Assembly: GCA_017472065.1 (NCBI GenBank)
Contig: JAFURB010000004.1
Coordinates: forward strand, 17,034 to 81,033
Source of the DNA: Alphaproteobacteria bacterium
Lineage (GTDB): Bacteria; Pseudomonadota; Alphaproteobacteria; Rs-D84
Direction: 5' to 3'
Length of the DNA: 64,000 nt
Under the pieces are notes generated by a model. That model did not search any database, was not told the DNA's origin, and was given only the letters and a program-made list of their open reading frames with translations. Position 1 is the stretch's first letter. Each line of letters begins with the position of its first letter. Position numbers and translations under genes: made by a program. Below are positions 11,140-21,687 of the stretch, piece after piece.

Positions 11140-12487
11140 CTGCCATTAAACACTGTTTGATTTTTATACGATTTTCAAGACGCTGCCAAAAAACATATTG
11201 GCATATTAAATTCTGGGCCATTGATTTGGAATTATAAACACCACCAAAATCAACAATTACATCACGGCATGTTATCGTGTCGCCGGTATCAGATTTAACA
11301 TCTTTGATAATAGCAAAATTATCATTATTAATTGAATTAACCAATACATCTGGCATCAATGATGCACCCGATGGACGAATATCTAAAATCGTTGCCCCAC
11401 CCGACCCATCAGATAATCCCTGGGATGTCTGGTCACGAACGGTGATATTTGATGTGTATATGGTGCCGGCCTCTATACCGCTTTTGGTGCTGTATTCCAA
11501 TGTATCATAATCAATAAACACATCTTGACCGCGGGCAACATTAAGGTATGAATCAATATCAAGACGTTCAACACTGAAATTTATGCGATTGGTAACAACA
11601 CTGCCATGAACATGCCAATTGGCCGGACCGGTAAACGCACTGCGCCCGGCCGTCATTGATAAATCATAGACAGATGCCGCGTTCGCGGTAAATCCACCCG
11701 TGTCACCAAATTTAGAAATCGTGCGCGCATCAATCGACCCCAACATTAATGTGCCACGCGACAATGCCAGGGCGGCTTCGCCGGTACGATTTTGAAATAC
11801 TGTTTTGTTTGCAAAAATATTCTTAATATCATTTTTTAATTTACGACCAGATTCTGTACCAGTTACAGTTAATGTCGTAAATTGTCCCGATGTAAATTCG
11901 GCACGCGACGCAAAAACATTGTTTGCACCGCGAAATGAAAATTCACCCATATCTAAATCTGCTAAAAAACCACTGTTATCTAAATTCGGTTCGTTACGAC
12001 GAACGACATCAGAATAATCATCGGTTAAGACAATACCAACACGAACACCGTCATCAATTTGAGATGCATAAAAACCAATTCGACGCGCCAATTCTGCCAA
12101 TTCTAATTCTGTCATATTGCCGCCCGTCACATCCAGGTACGCAGAAACCTGGGTTGGCGTTTTATCCATAACCAGAATTATTTCCTGGCCCAGGGCGGTA
12201 CGCGGCACAAATCCCAATGGCAACCCATATGGTTCCAGCAAATCTGTGAACGCATCACCACCAACAACCGTTTGACCATACGCGATATGACGGGCGTTTT
12301 CACGAATAAAGATTCTGGCCGCAGTGGATGCATGATTAATTTGACGGGTGGTGGCAAACATCTGGGAATCCATCGCGCGCGACGCAACACGCGATGCAAT
12401 AAACGGCACAAAGGCAAAAATCAATGTTAATGCCAATAATGCTTGGACTAAAAAATTACCTGATTGCCTGTACACTTTTGGAAACAA
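11120..12487 (-). CDS. Shufflon PilV-N-like minor pilin/adhesin 1 (Q at +5)
   Basis: TTG start with a G-rich RBS; SG|NFLVQ; YGLPLGFVPRTALGQ and LAELARRIG. Confidence 0.7.
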   Translation of the reverse strand: MFPKVYRQSGNFLVQALLALTLIFAFVPFIASRVASRAMDSQMFATTRQINHASTAARIFIRENARHIAYGQTVVGGDAFTDLLEPYGLPLGFVPRTALGQEIILVMDKTPTQVSAYLDVTGGNMTELELAELARRIGFYASQIDDGVRVGIVLTDDYSDVVRRNEPNLDNSGFLADLDMGEFSFRGANNVFASRAEFTSGQFTTLTVTGTESGRKLKNDIKNIFANKTVFQNRTGEAALALSRGTLMLGSIDARTISKFGDTGGFTANAASVYDLSMTAGRSAFTGPANWHVHGSVVTNRINFSVERLDIDSYLNVARGQDVFIDYDTLEYSTKSGIEAGTIYTSNITVRDQTSQGLSDGSGGATILDIRPSGASLMPDVLVNSINNDNFAIIKDVKSDTGDTITCRDVIVDFGGVYNSKSMAQNLICQYVFWQRLENRIKIKQCLMAGGSDCI

Positions 12488-12632
12488 TCCCCCCTGACCT
12501 TTTATTCAAGAATAGCAATTGAAAAAAAATATTGCAATCAGTTTTCAGATAGACTACCATTACCAATGTTGATTTTGATATGATGATAAAATCAACAGAA
12601 AGAATATTTCCATTTAATTAAAAAGAATAAAT

Positions 12633-12944
12633 ATGCAAAATAAAAAAAATCAATCCAATGTCGGACAAATGATTCAGCGTTGCCATAAATGGCGCCAAAA
12701 GAGAAAACAATATATCGATTTGGCACGCCAGACATCCGATGAAATCGAACGCGAACGCTTGTTGCAGGCCGCAGAACACTATGGCCGCATCGTGAACGCC
12801 GAACAGGGTAAAATTGATTCAAGTCGTGATACCAAGGAAAAAGCCGCCGCTGAAAAAGCCATGGCCGAGGCAGAAGTAGCATCCACAGAAAAAGATGATG
12901 AAGAAGAAAGCCCTTTTCCTGATTTCATAACAAATTTGAATTAA
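12633..12944 (+). CDS. DUF4167-like protein
   Basis: QYIDLARQ...LLQAAEHYGRIV matches the alphaproteobacterial DUF4167 pattern. Confidence 0.65.
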   Translation: MQNKKNQSNVGQMIQRCHKWRQKRKQYIDLARQTSDEIERERLLQAAEHYGRIVNAEQGKIDSSRDTKEKAAAEKAMAEAEVASTEKDDEEESPFPDFITNLN

Positions 12945-13005
12945 TTAATATTTACAATATTTTCACACTTTTAATTGTTGAAATTTAGCACGGTTTTGCT
13001 ATTGT

Positions 13006-14592
13006 ATGCCAAAAGGAAGTTTTAGCATGGATAGCAATTATACCGTTTTAGCACGCAAATACCGCAGTCAAGATTTTCAAACACTTATCGGACAAGATGT
13101 TCTGGTTAAAACACTGACCACGGCAATTAATACAGGGCGCATTGCACACGCATATATTTTTACTGGGATTCGCGGAACCGGAAAAACCAGTACGGCGCGT
13201 ATTTTGGCCAAGGCATTAAATTGTCTATCATCCGATAATGCAACGGCAACACCGTGCGGTGTGTGCGAAAATTGTCGTTCAATTGCAGCCGGTCAACATA
13301 TTGATGTTATGGAAATTGACGCGGCATCACATACGGGCGTTGATAATATGCGTGATATCCTGGATGCGGCACAATATCGCCCAACAAACGGTCGTTACAA
13401 AGTATATATAATCGACGAAGTTCACATGTTATCAACCAGTGCGTTTAACGCATTGCTGAAAACACTGGAAGAACCACCTGCACATGTTATCTTCATCCTG
13501 GCAACAACCGAAATAAGAAAGGTACCGGTTACAATTTTATCGCGGTGTCAACGATTTGATTTGATGCGTGTGCCGGTTGATACACTGAAAAAACATTTTG
13601 CATGGATTGCCCAGCAAGAACATATTGAATTAACAGATGCTGCAAATGAATTATTGGCACGCGCGGCCGACGGTTCGGTGCGTGATGGATTGTCATTACT
13701 GGACCAGGCAATCGCACAAACCGGTGGCAAAGTTGACGAGGCCGCAGTTCTGGACATGCTAAAACGCGCAGACCGTGGCGTGGTTGTTGATTTTATGAAA
13801 ACCATTTTGTCGGGTAATACGGCCGCGGCACTGGACAAGGTTGATGCAATCTATAACAATGGCGCAGATTTATCAATGCTGTTGCTGGATATGATGGAAT
13901 GGACACACTGGGCAACGCGTATGCACCCCAGTTTGCATGCCGGCGATGTTATAAATTCACCATACACCGCAGATCAACGCGCACAAATCCGCGAAATTAA
14001 CAAGACTGCAACATTAAATACACTGTCCCGCATCTGGCAGGTTATGGTGGCCGCCGTCCCAGAAATGCAGGCCAGTGGAAATCAAAAACAATGCTTTGAC
14101 ATGTTGGTGGTACGCATAATGCATGTCGCAAATATGCCAACGGTCGAAGAACTGATTAAACAGGCCGATACCAATCGTCCAAATGTTGGCGCGGTAAAGG
14201 ATGCATTAAACAATCGCGCGGCATCCGGGGAAAAAAGCATACCAGAAAAACCCGCCACGATACAAATTACAACGGCAGTTGAATTGGCAACACAATTACA
14301 AGAATCCAAAGAAATTTTATTGTATTCGTATTATTCCAGCAATATCGAGGTTGCAGAAATCACCGTTGGAAAAATCAAATACTTTGACCGCAAGGGTGAT
14401 GCAGACTTTGCACCGCGTTTGGCATCATGGTTGATGGATAAAACAGGTATGCAATGGCAACTGGAACGCATGGTTGAATCTGTACACACACATACAATTA
14501 CAGAACAAAAACAGGAAGAATTGGCCGCAGATCCAATGATTGCCAGCGCAATGAGTTTGTTTGAAAACGCAGAAATCGTGGGGGTAAAATAA
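13006..14592 (+). CDS. dnaX: DNA polymerase III subunit gamma/tau
   Basis: LARKYR, GIRGTGKTS, CGVCENC, IIDEVHMLS and SRCQRF motifs. Confidence 0.96.
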   Translation: MPKGSFSMDSNYTVLARKYRSQDFQTLIGQDVLVKTLTTAINTGRIAHAYIFTGIRGTGKTSTARILAKALNCLSSDNATATPCGVCENCRSIAAGQHIDVMEIDAASHTGVDNMRDILDAAQYRPTNGRYKVYIIDEVHMLSTSAFNALLKTLEEPPAHVIFILATTEIRKVPVTILSRCQRFDLMRVPVDTLKKHFAWIAQQEHIELTDAANELLARAADGSVRDGLSLLDQAIAQTGGKVDEAAVLDMLKRADRGVVVDFMKTILSGNTAAALDKVDAIYNNGADLSMLLLDMMEWTHWATRMHPSLHAGDVINSPYTADQRAQIREINKTATLNTLSRIWQVMVAAVPEMQASGNQKQCFDMLVVRIMHVANMPTVEELIKQADTNRPNVGAVKDALNNRAASGEKSIPEKPATIQITTAVELATQLQESKEILLYSYYSSNIEVAEITVGKIKYFDRKGDADFAPRLASWLMDKTGMQWQLERMVESVHTHTITEQKQEELAADPMIASAMSLFENAEIVGVK

Positions 14593-15053
14593 TGAAACAA
14601 GAATACGGACGTTCTTTGATTGAAATTGTTGGCGCAATCGCAATTGGCACAGTCATGACGGCGGCTGCGATTGGCATGTATCGCATGATGCGCGAAAACA
14701 ATGCACGCACAATTGCAGATTCACAACTGGAACAAATCGCAGGCGATGTAAAAATGTTGCTGGAAATGCGTGGCGACTATTCCGGGGTGTCGGTTGATTA
14801 TTTGATTAAGGCTGGCGCACTTAAATCCGACAAATCGCCATTAGGGGGCGACCAATGGTCCGTGGTTTCAAGTGCAGACGGTGAATCTTTTTCTATTAAC
14901 CTGACAGAATTAACCCAGGGTGAATGTGCATACTTTTCAACTGCGATTCCAAAATGGGCAACCAGTATTGTCGTCAACGGATTCGAAGTGCGCGACAATT
15001 CCGACAGATGCTTTTCAACACCAACCAACCAAATATCGTTTATCATAGAATAA
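14592..15053 (+). CDS. Type IV pilin, PilS-like (candidate major pilin)
   Basis: G|RSLIE prepilin site with hydrophobic helix; GDYSGV..LIKAG..SPLGG; C-terminal Cys pair. Confidence 0.75.
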   Translation: MKQEYGRSLIEIVGAIAIGTVMTAAAIGMYRMMRENNARTIADSQLEQIAGDVKMLLEMRGDYSGVSVDYLIKAGALKSDKSPLGGDQWSVVSSADGESFSINLTELTQGECAYFSTAIPKWATSIVVNGFEVRDNSDRCFSTPTNQISFIIE

Positions 15054-15731
15054 ATGAATAAAAAAATTGTGGCTTTGATTTTTTCGTGTTTACTGGGGGC
15101 ATGCACCGCATATGTCAGTCCAGCGCGCGACACATGGTCACAATACCTGATCGGGGCAAGTTTCAGTGATATGAGTGACACCGCACGCATTGCAAAGCGT
15201 CCGGTATATTTGGGGGCCGGTGGTCGATTGGTGTTAAGTGACGATGTAACAAAGCCAGTGTCCAATTATGGCGACAAGTTATCAAATGACAATGCACGCG
15301 TTATAAAATATATGTCTGAACTGGAATTTGAATTATATGACGCATTGCGAAAGCCGGGAATTTCTGTTCAACGCGCCGGCACAGATGTTGTGGTGATTTT
15401 GGTGCGCGATGCATTAATGGAATTAAATGCCGCCCAGATTTCCGTCAGTGGTGAAGACACACTGAACACAATCAGTCGAATATTAAAAAAATACGATGCG
15501 ACATTTATTGAAATCGCAGGATACACCGATGCGATGCGTGACGAACGGGCGGCAAATGCGTTGTCTATGGATATGGCGCAACGCGTCGGCGTTTATTTCA
15601 GCCAACATAACATCAACACAACGCGTATGTTCATCGTTGCGCGTGGTGCCGCACGACCAATTGCCGCCCAGGATAATATCGGTCGCCTGACAAACAGACG
15701 GGTTGAATTGCGTATTGCCCCGGCAAGATAA
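15054..15731 (+). CDS. OmpA-domain lipoprotein
   Basis: Lipobox LGAC; IAGYTD; NRRVELRI. Confidence 0.85.
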   Translation: MNKKIVALIFSCLLGACTAYVSPARDTWSQYLIGASFSDMSDTARIAKRPVYLGAGGRLVLSDDVTKPVSNYGDKLSNDNARVIKYMSELEFELYDALRKPGISVQRAGTDVVVILVRDALMELNAAQISVSGEDTLNTISRILKKYDATFIEIAGYTDAMRDERAANALSMDMAQRVGVYFSQHNINTTRMFIVARGAARPIAAQDNIGRLTNRRVELRIAPAR

Positions 15732-15806
15732 CTTTCCCTTTCCATTTATATTTTTTATTGCTATAGTTTGTTTGCTAATAAAACAAAAAACTAAAAGGAT
15801 GGAAAA

Positions 15807-16472
15807 ATGGCAACAAAAACAAATGTAAATCCAGCTGCAAAAAAATATGCTAAGACTGGTATTATCGCCGCCGTCGTTATCGCAGTTGCGGCATGTGGCG
15901 TATGGATTGTTTCAAGTTTGAACAACAATTCAGGCGCAACCGTCGAAGAATCTATGGAAGCGGTATCTGAAAACGCGGCAAATGGCGCAAACCTGCGTAT
16001 CGCGGTTATTCGCATGGATGCAATTCAAAGCGATGCAGTTGCGTTAAAAGACCTGCGTAAACAAAAAGAAAATTACGAAGAAAAACTGCGTAATGAACTA
16101 ACCAAGCGTCAAAAAGAATTAGAAAAAGAAAAGGCTGAAATCGAAAAATCCCAAGATGTTTTATCACGCGAAGCATTGCAACGCCGTGTCGTTGACTATC
16201 AAGGTCGTGTAAATCAATTGCAACGTGATTTGACAGAACGCGCACAAAGCATCGAAATGTCTTATCAAAAAGCATTAAATGATTTGCAGACAAAACACCT
16301 GGATCCAATTATCGAAGGTACAATTGCAAAAAAGAAATTATCATTGGTTGTTGACGGTCGTTTCGCACGCATCGGCGCAGACGAAGAAAACCTGGATATA
16401 ACAAATGAAATTGTCAAAGCATTGGATAAAAAAGTATCCAAGGTAAAAATGGACACACCAAAAGGTTTCTAA
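15807..16472 (+). CDS. skp: OmpH/Skp-family chaperone
   Basis: RIAVIRMDAI, a long coiled coil, and DITNEIVKALD. Confidence 0.8.
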   Translation: MATKTNVNPAAKKYAKTGIIAAVVIAVAACGVWIVSSLNNNSGATVEESMEAVSENAANGANLRIAVIRMDAIQSDAVALKDLRKQKENYEEKLRNELTKRQKELEKEKAEIEKSQDVLSREALQRRVVDYQGRVNQLQRDLTERAQSIEMSYQKALNDLQTKHLDPIIEGTIAKKKLSLVVDGRFARIGADEENLDITNEIVKALDKKVSKVKMDTPKGF

Positions 16473-16492
16473 GTTAGAACCAAGAAAAAATT

Positions 16493-16515
16493 AATCCCCC
16501 AAACGGGGGATTTTT
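16493..16515. terminator. Bidirectional terminator
   Basis: AATCCCCC-AAAC-GGGGGATTTTT. Confidence 0.8.
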
Positions 16516-17839
16516 ATTTTCCCAAACACAACTGACCAAATGTCATATCCAGGATTTCATTGGCGGTGATTGTTCCAAGTATTTTGCCAATCGCATCCGA
16601 TGCACGACGGGTGTGTTCTGCAAAAATGTCATAGTTGTCCCCCGCCCTGATTGCGTGTGATAATTCGTTATGTGCGGTTTCCAGCAATGATTTTGTACGC
16701 GCGTTTATTGATAAATCAGATTCACGTCCGTCAAACATTTCATGAATTTTTTTATGCAAAGTATCCATAAAACTATCCATACCATCGCCCGTATGTACAG
16801 ATACGCAAATCAAGTTTTCAGAGTTCAAAGTGCAAAGTTCAGATTTGGATAACATATCTGATTTATTGATAATAATTATTTCATTATTTGCACTTTGCAC
16901 TTTGCACTTTGCACTTTGTTGTTCGTGTGTGAACACACGAATAACAATATCTGCATTTTCTATTTCATTTTTGGTGCGTTCAATACCAATCGATTCAATT
17001 TCATCCGTCGTTTCGCGAATACCAGCGGTATCAGCCAGGTTTACCATATATCCATCAATATCAACGGTCGATGACACAACATCACGCGTGGTACCGGCAA
17101 TGTCCGATACAATTGCACGGTTGGAACCAACCATATAATTAAAGATTGAAGATTTACCAACATTAGTTTCACCCACCAGTGCAACATTTATCCCACCACG
17201 AATTGCACGCGATGCGCGATAGCCTTGTAACGCGACGCCAATTTCATCGTATAACTTTTGTGTGCGTTTTTGAATTGTTTCACCAATATTTGCCGGCAGG
17301 TCATCTGGACTGTAATCCAGCATTGCCGCCGCAAACGCGGATATTTCAACCATAGACCCGCGCCATGTGTTGTAAATTTCACTGTCCCGGCCCAGCATAG
17401 ATTGCAGGGCGTGTTTGCGCTGCTGGTCTGTTTGGGCATCCAACAGCGCCGCCAATCCGTCAACGTCCGCCAAGTCCATTTTATTATTATAGAACGCACG
17501 GCGTGAAAATTCCCCCGGTGTTGCCATACGCATATTTAATGACGACAAATATTCAAATACCGCGCTGATTACCGCCGGCGCACCGTGGGTGTGTAATTCA
17601 ATTACATCTTCGCCGGTGAAACTGTGTGGGGCGGGGAAATAAATTACCAGGCATTGGTCAATTAATTCACCCGCGCTATCACGCAGGTTTGTAAAATACG
17701 CGCGGCGCGGTGTGATTTCGTTTTTATTCACAAATCGTGCAAATATATCCCCCAGGTTTTCGCCCGATATGCGTACAACCGCAACACCAGATTTTCCATG
17801 CCCGCTTGATAATGCAAAGATTGTATCGTTGTTATTCAT
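16514..17839 (-). CDS. mnmE: tRNA modification GTPase MnmE
   Basis: DTIFALSS, SFTGEDVIE, GETNVGKSS, GTTRD, DTAG, NKSD and C-terminal CLGK. Confidence 0.96.
   Translation of the reverse strand: MNNNDTIFALSSGHGKSGVAVVRISGENLGDIFARFVNKNEITPRRAYFTNLRDSAGELIDQCLVIYFPAPHSFTGEDVIELHTHGAPAVISAVFEYLSSLNMRMATPGEFSRRAFYNNKMDLADVDGLAALLDAQTDQQRKHALQSMLGRDSEIYNTWRGSMVEISAFAAAMLDYSPDDLPANIGETIQKRTQKLYDEIGVALQGYRASRAIRGGINVALVGETNVGKSSIFNYMVGSNRAIVSDIAGTTRDVVSSTVDIDGYMVNLADTAGIRETTDEIESIGIERTKNEIENADIVIRVFTHEQQSAKCKVQSANNEIIIINKSDMLSKSELCTLNSENLICVSVHTGDGMDSFMDTLHKKIHEMFDGRESDLSINARTKSLLETAHNELSHAIRAGDNYDIFAEHTRRASDAIGKILGTITANEILDMTFGQLCLGK
16816..16918. repeat. Inverted pair of heptamer tandem arrays inside mnmE
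   Basis: 16816-16843 TTTCAGA GTTCAAA GTGCAAA GTTCAGA; 16887-16918 (TTTGCAC)4 TTTG. Confidence 0.9.
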
Positions 17840-17840
17840 A

Positions 17841-18431
17841 TTATTTGTTTCCAGTTATTTCTTTTAATGCCATTGGGACCAGGGTTGACACATCGGCGGT
17901 TGGATTTTGATTTACTAATTTTTGTGCCATTTCCAAGATATCCAATCTGCGATACCCTAATGATTCCAGTGCCATAAGCAAATCAGGCAATGCCGATGAT
18001 GTGCCAGATGCACCCGTGTCGGGGGCAAACAGTGTGGCGGACACCCCACCAACCTTGTTTTTCAATTCAACAATGATTTTTTCAGCAACTTTTTTTCCGA
18101 CCCCGGGGGCGGTTGCAATTGTTTTTGCATCCCCCGTTGCAATTGCGGACATTAACATATCGGTGCTGATTGTCCCCAGGATGGCCATTGCAACCTTGGG
18201 CCCCACGCCCGACACACCAGTCAGCATATTGAATAAATTCTGGGTGGCCAATGTTGTAAAGCCAAACAGACGGATTGAATCTTCGCGTACAACGGTTTCA
18301 ATCCACAATTCAACCGTAGATTTATGGGTCAGGTATTCGGGGGTATAAACCTTGTATCCGACGCCATGTGTCAATAAAATTACAAATCCGTCACCAATAT
18401 AGTCAACTATGCCTTGCAATTTTCCAATCAT
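17841..18431 (-). CDS. ruvA: Holliday junction branch migration protein RuvA
   Basis: MIGKLQG, GVGY, VSGVGPK, PGVGKKVAEKIIVELK and ALESLGY motifs. Confidence 0.96.
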   Translation of the reverse strand: MIGKLQGIVDYIGDGFVILLTHGVGYKVYTPEYLTHKSTVELWIETVVREDSIRLFGFTTLATQNLFNMLTGVSGVGPKVAMAILGTISTDMLMSAIATGDAKTIATAPGVGKKVAEKIIVELKNKVGGVSATLFAPDTGASGTSSALPDLLMALESLGYRRLDILEMAQKLVNQNPTADVSTLVPMALKEITGNK

Positions 18432-18482
18432 CTGTTATCCTTTTGGGGTAATTTTAATCTAATTAAATCAAAAGGTCAAACT

Positions 18483-19199
18483 ATGAGTGGACACAGTAAA
18501 TGGCATAATATTCAGCACAAGAAAGGCGCAGCCGATGCAGCACGCAGTGGTCTGTTTACAAAATTGGCACGCGAAATCACAATGGCGGCAAAACTGGGGG
18601 ATAAAAATCCAGACAATAATCCGCGTTTGCGTCTGGCTATTTTGACAGCACGCAAAAATTCTATGCCGAACGATAATATCAAACGCGCAATCGAAAAAGC
18701 ATCAGGCGCAAATACCGAAAGTTACGAAGCCGTTCGTTACGAAGGATATGGTCCAGGTGCCGTGCCTGTTATTGTAGAAGCATTGACCGACAATCCGCGC
18801 CGTACCGTGCCAGAAATCCGCAATATCTTTGCTAAAAACGGTGGAAACATGGGCGAAGAAGGCAGCGTTGTATTTATGTTCACACGCGCAGGCCAGATTA
18901 TGTATCCGGCATCAATTGGTAAAACCGAAGATGAAATGATGGAAATTATCATGGATGCAAATGCAGACAATCTGGAAACAAGTGAAGAAGGATTTATTAT
19001 CACAACCAAGCCAGAAGACTTTATCAATGCCCAGAAATTCTTGGCTGATAAACTGGGTGAACCAGAACAGGCAGAATTAACATGGATTCCAAATATGCCA
19101 ATGGATCTGGATGATGAAGCATATGCAAAAATCGAAAAGTTGGTTGATGCATTGGATGCGAACGACGATGTTCAAAAAGTATTCACCGCCGCTGCATAA
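18483..19199 (+). CDS. yebC: YebC/PmpR-family protein
   Basis: MSGHSKWHNIQHKKG and RYEGYGPG. Confidence 0.95.
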   Translation: MSGHSKWHNIQHKKGAADAARSGLFTKLAREITMAAKLGDKNPDNNPRLRLAILTARKNSMPNDNIKRAIEKASGANTESYEAVRYEGYGPGAVPVIVEALTDNPRRTVPEIRNIFAKNGGNMGEEGSVVFMFTRAGQIMYPASIGKTEDEMMEIIMDANADNLETSEEGFIITTKPEDFINAQKFLADKLGEPEQAELTWIPNMPMDLDDEAYAKIEKLVDALDANDDVQKVFTAAA

Positions 19200-19212
19200 T
19201 GAAATACAGAAC

Positions 19213-19250
19213 AAAAAAAAATAACCCACCAAATGGTGGGTTTGTTTTTT
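19213..19250. terminator. Bidirectional terminator
   Basis: AACCCACCA-AA-TGGTGGGTT flanked by A and T runs. Confidence 0.8.
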
Positions 19251-19264
19251 ACATTGTGTTGTCT

Positions 19265-21664
19265 TTATATCTTGGCGCGAACTTCTTCGACCTCGTAACA
19301 TTCGACACGGTCGCCTTCTTTTAAGTCATTATACTTGTCAAAAGACATACCGAATTCAACGCCACCGGATACTTCTTTGACCTCGTTCTTTTCACGACGC
19401 AGTTCGCCAATTTTGCCATCATAGATAACAACATTGTTACGCAACAAGCGAACAAATGCATCTTTCTTGATGGTGCCTTCACTCATACGGCAACCGGCAA
19501 CGCGGATGCCTTTGCCAACGGTGAACAGGGCGATAACATCAGCGTATCCAATAAAGTTTTCTTTGCGTTCTGGGGCCAATTTACCAGACAAGATTTCTTT
19601 GATTTCATCGGTGATGCGATAAACAACACTGTGATAACGGATATCAACATTGTTGCTGCGCGCCATGTCACGAACAACAGAATCCGCACGAACATTAAAC
19701 GCAATTACGACCGCGCCAGATGCCGTGGCAAGACGGATGTCACCTTCGGTAATCTGGCCAACACCAGACGACAGAATATCAACACCAACCTTGTCCGTGT
19801 TGATTTCTTTTAACATGTCAACGATGGCCTCAACAGAACCTTGAACGTCTGCACGCAAAATAATTGGCAGGATAAGTTTCTTGGACTCATCTCGTTTGGC
19901 AAACAATTCTTCTAGGCTTGAACGTTTAATGGCGTTTGCCTTGTCCTTGGCCAATTGTGTGCGGTATGCGGCAACTTCGCGTGTTTGGGCTTCGGTTTCC
20001 ATAACGCGCAATTCGTCACCGGCATTTGGTACAGAATCCAATCCCAGAACAACGGTGGGCTGGCCCGGACGAACAGATTTTACACGCGTGCCATCCGATC
20101 CAATAAGACCGCGTACACGACCAAATGTTTCACCAACAACAAATACATCGCCAATTTTTAATGTACCCTGGCGCATTAATATTGTTGCAACCGCCCCAAG
20201 GCCTTTTTCCATTTTTGCTTCAACCACATATGCAACCGCAGGCATTTGGGCATCCGCGGTCAATTCCATCATTTCAGCCTGTAACAGAATCGCTTCTTCT
20301 AATTTATCCAGACCGATTCTTTTCGTTGCGGAAATTTCAACGCACTGGATATCGCCACCCATTTCTTCGACCTGGACTTCCTGTTGTAACAGGTCCATTT
20401 TAACACGTTGGGCATTTGCCTGGGGCAGGTCGATTTTATTAATCGCAACAATAAATGGAACGCCCGCCGCCCGGATGTGGTTAATCGCCTCTATCGTTTG
20501 TGGCATGATTGAATCGTTTGCCGCAACAACCAAGACAACGATGTCTGCCATTTGCGCGCCACGCGCACGCATAGCAGTAAATGTTTCGTGTCCCGGCGTG
20601 TCCAAAAAGGTAATCATTTGTCCGGATTTTGTTTTTACTTCGTACGAAGAAATATGCTGGGTAATACCACCTGCTTCGCCGGCAACAACATTTGCATTAC
20701 GGAACGCATCCAACAGGGATGTTTTACCATGGTCAACGTGCCCCACAACAGTCACAACCGGTGCGCGTGGTGTCATATTTTCTGGATTTGGTTCACGTTC
20801 CAATTGGTCTGCATACGGTTTGACAACAACGCGTTTTACCGTTGCACCAAATTCAGATGCAATCAATTCCGCAGTATCGGCATCAATAGACTGATTCATT
20901 GATACCATCATGCCCATTTCCATTAATTTTTTGACGACATTACCAACTTTTTCCGCCATCGCATTGGCCAGGTCTTTGACCGTAATCGTATCACCCAAGG
21001 ATACAACACGTTCAACCTTTTGTGGGGCAGAAAATACCGCACGGGCTTTTTCACGGAAACGTTTTAACGATGCCTCGGACCGGCGACGATTTGCACCACG
21101 CAGGCCGATTTCTTCGTCATCATCATCACCGCCCATAACAATGTCATGGATAGAAATTTTTCCAGATTTCTTGAAATCTTTCTTTGAATGTTTGTTTGGA
21201 CGCGTATCTTCGTCATCGGCATTATTACGACCACGACGCGCACCCGCCACCGCATTATTGGTAAATGTCTTTGGTGTGGCCGGTGCCGGTTTTGCACGCG
21301 GTTTAGATTCTTCGTCGGCATCTGACACAGTGGATACATTTTCACGCGCAGCCAGTTGTTCGCGCACCTGTTCGTATTCGCGTTCTTCGCGTTCAATTTC
21401 GGCGGCACGTTTCGCGGCGGCGGCCGCTTCGGCGGCTTCGCGGGCTTTGCGTTCTTCTTCGCGGGCCTTGGCCGCGGCCAATACAGCGCGCAGTTTTTCA
21501 TCGGCGGCATTTTTTGGTGTGGCCGATGGGGTCTTTGGTTCGTCACGCAATTCATTGCTGTTTGGTGCAATTACACGACGACGACGTTCAACAAAAACCG
21601 CGTCACCTTTCTTGCTGTGTACCGCATCAATTGTTACAGATTTTCCAAGTGTCAGTGTTGCCAT
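19265..21664 (-). CDS. infB: Translation initiation factor IF-2
   Basis: [28 protein letters not shown] and NKID motifs. Confidence 0.97.
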   Translation of the reverse strand: MATLTLGKSVTIDAVHSKKGDAVFVERRRRVIAPNSNELRDEPKTPSATPKNAADEKLRAVLAAAKAREEERKAREAAEAAAAAKRAAEIEREEREYEQVREQLAARENVSTVSDADEESKPRAKPAPATPKTFTNNAVAGARRGRNNADDEDTRPNKHSKKDFKKSGKISIHDIVMGGDDDDEEIGLRGANRRRSEASLKRFREKARAVFSAPQKVERVVSLGDTITVKDLANAMAEKVGNVVKKLMEMGMMVSMNQSIDADTAELIASEFGATVKRVVVKPYADQLEREPNPENMTPRAPVVTVVGHVDHGKTSLLDAFRNANVVAGEAGGITQHISSYEVKTKSGQMITFLDTPGHETFTAMRARGAQMADIVVLVVAANDSIMPQTIEAINHIRAAGVPFIVAINKIDLPQANAQRVKMDLLQQEVQVEEMGGDIQCVEISATKRIGLDKLEEAILLQAEMMELTADAQMPAVAYVVEAKMEKGLGAVATILMRQGTLKIGDVFVVGETFGRVRGLIGSDGTRVKSVRPGQPTVVLGLDSVPNAGDELRVMETEAQTREVAAYRTQLAKDKANAIKRSSLEELFAKRDESKKLILPIILRADVQGSVEAIVDMLKEINTDKVGVDILSSGVGQITEGDIRLATASGAVVIAFNVRADSVVRDMARSNNVDIRYHSVVYRITDEIKEILSGKLAPERKENFIGYADVIALFTVGKGIRVAGCRMSEGTIKKDAFVRLLRNNVVIYDGKIGELRREKNEVKEVSGGVEFGMSFDKYNDLKEGDRVECYEVEEVRAKI

Positions 21665-21687
21665 ATACTTGCTTCCTTCGTTAGCAA

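Noticed and set aside
8586-12487. An active shufflon
   Set aside because: All three genes are full length; no Rci-like recombinase, sfx-like repeats or inverted C-terminal cassettes are seen
13006-14592. A programmed frameshift site in dnaX
   Set aside because: An AAAAAAG run occurs near 14230, but I could not identify a convincing downstream stimulatory hairpin
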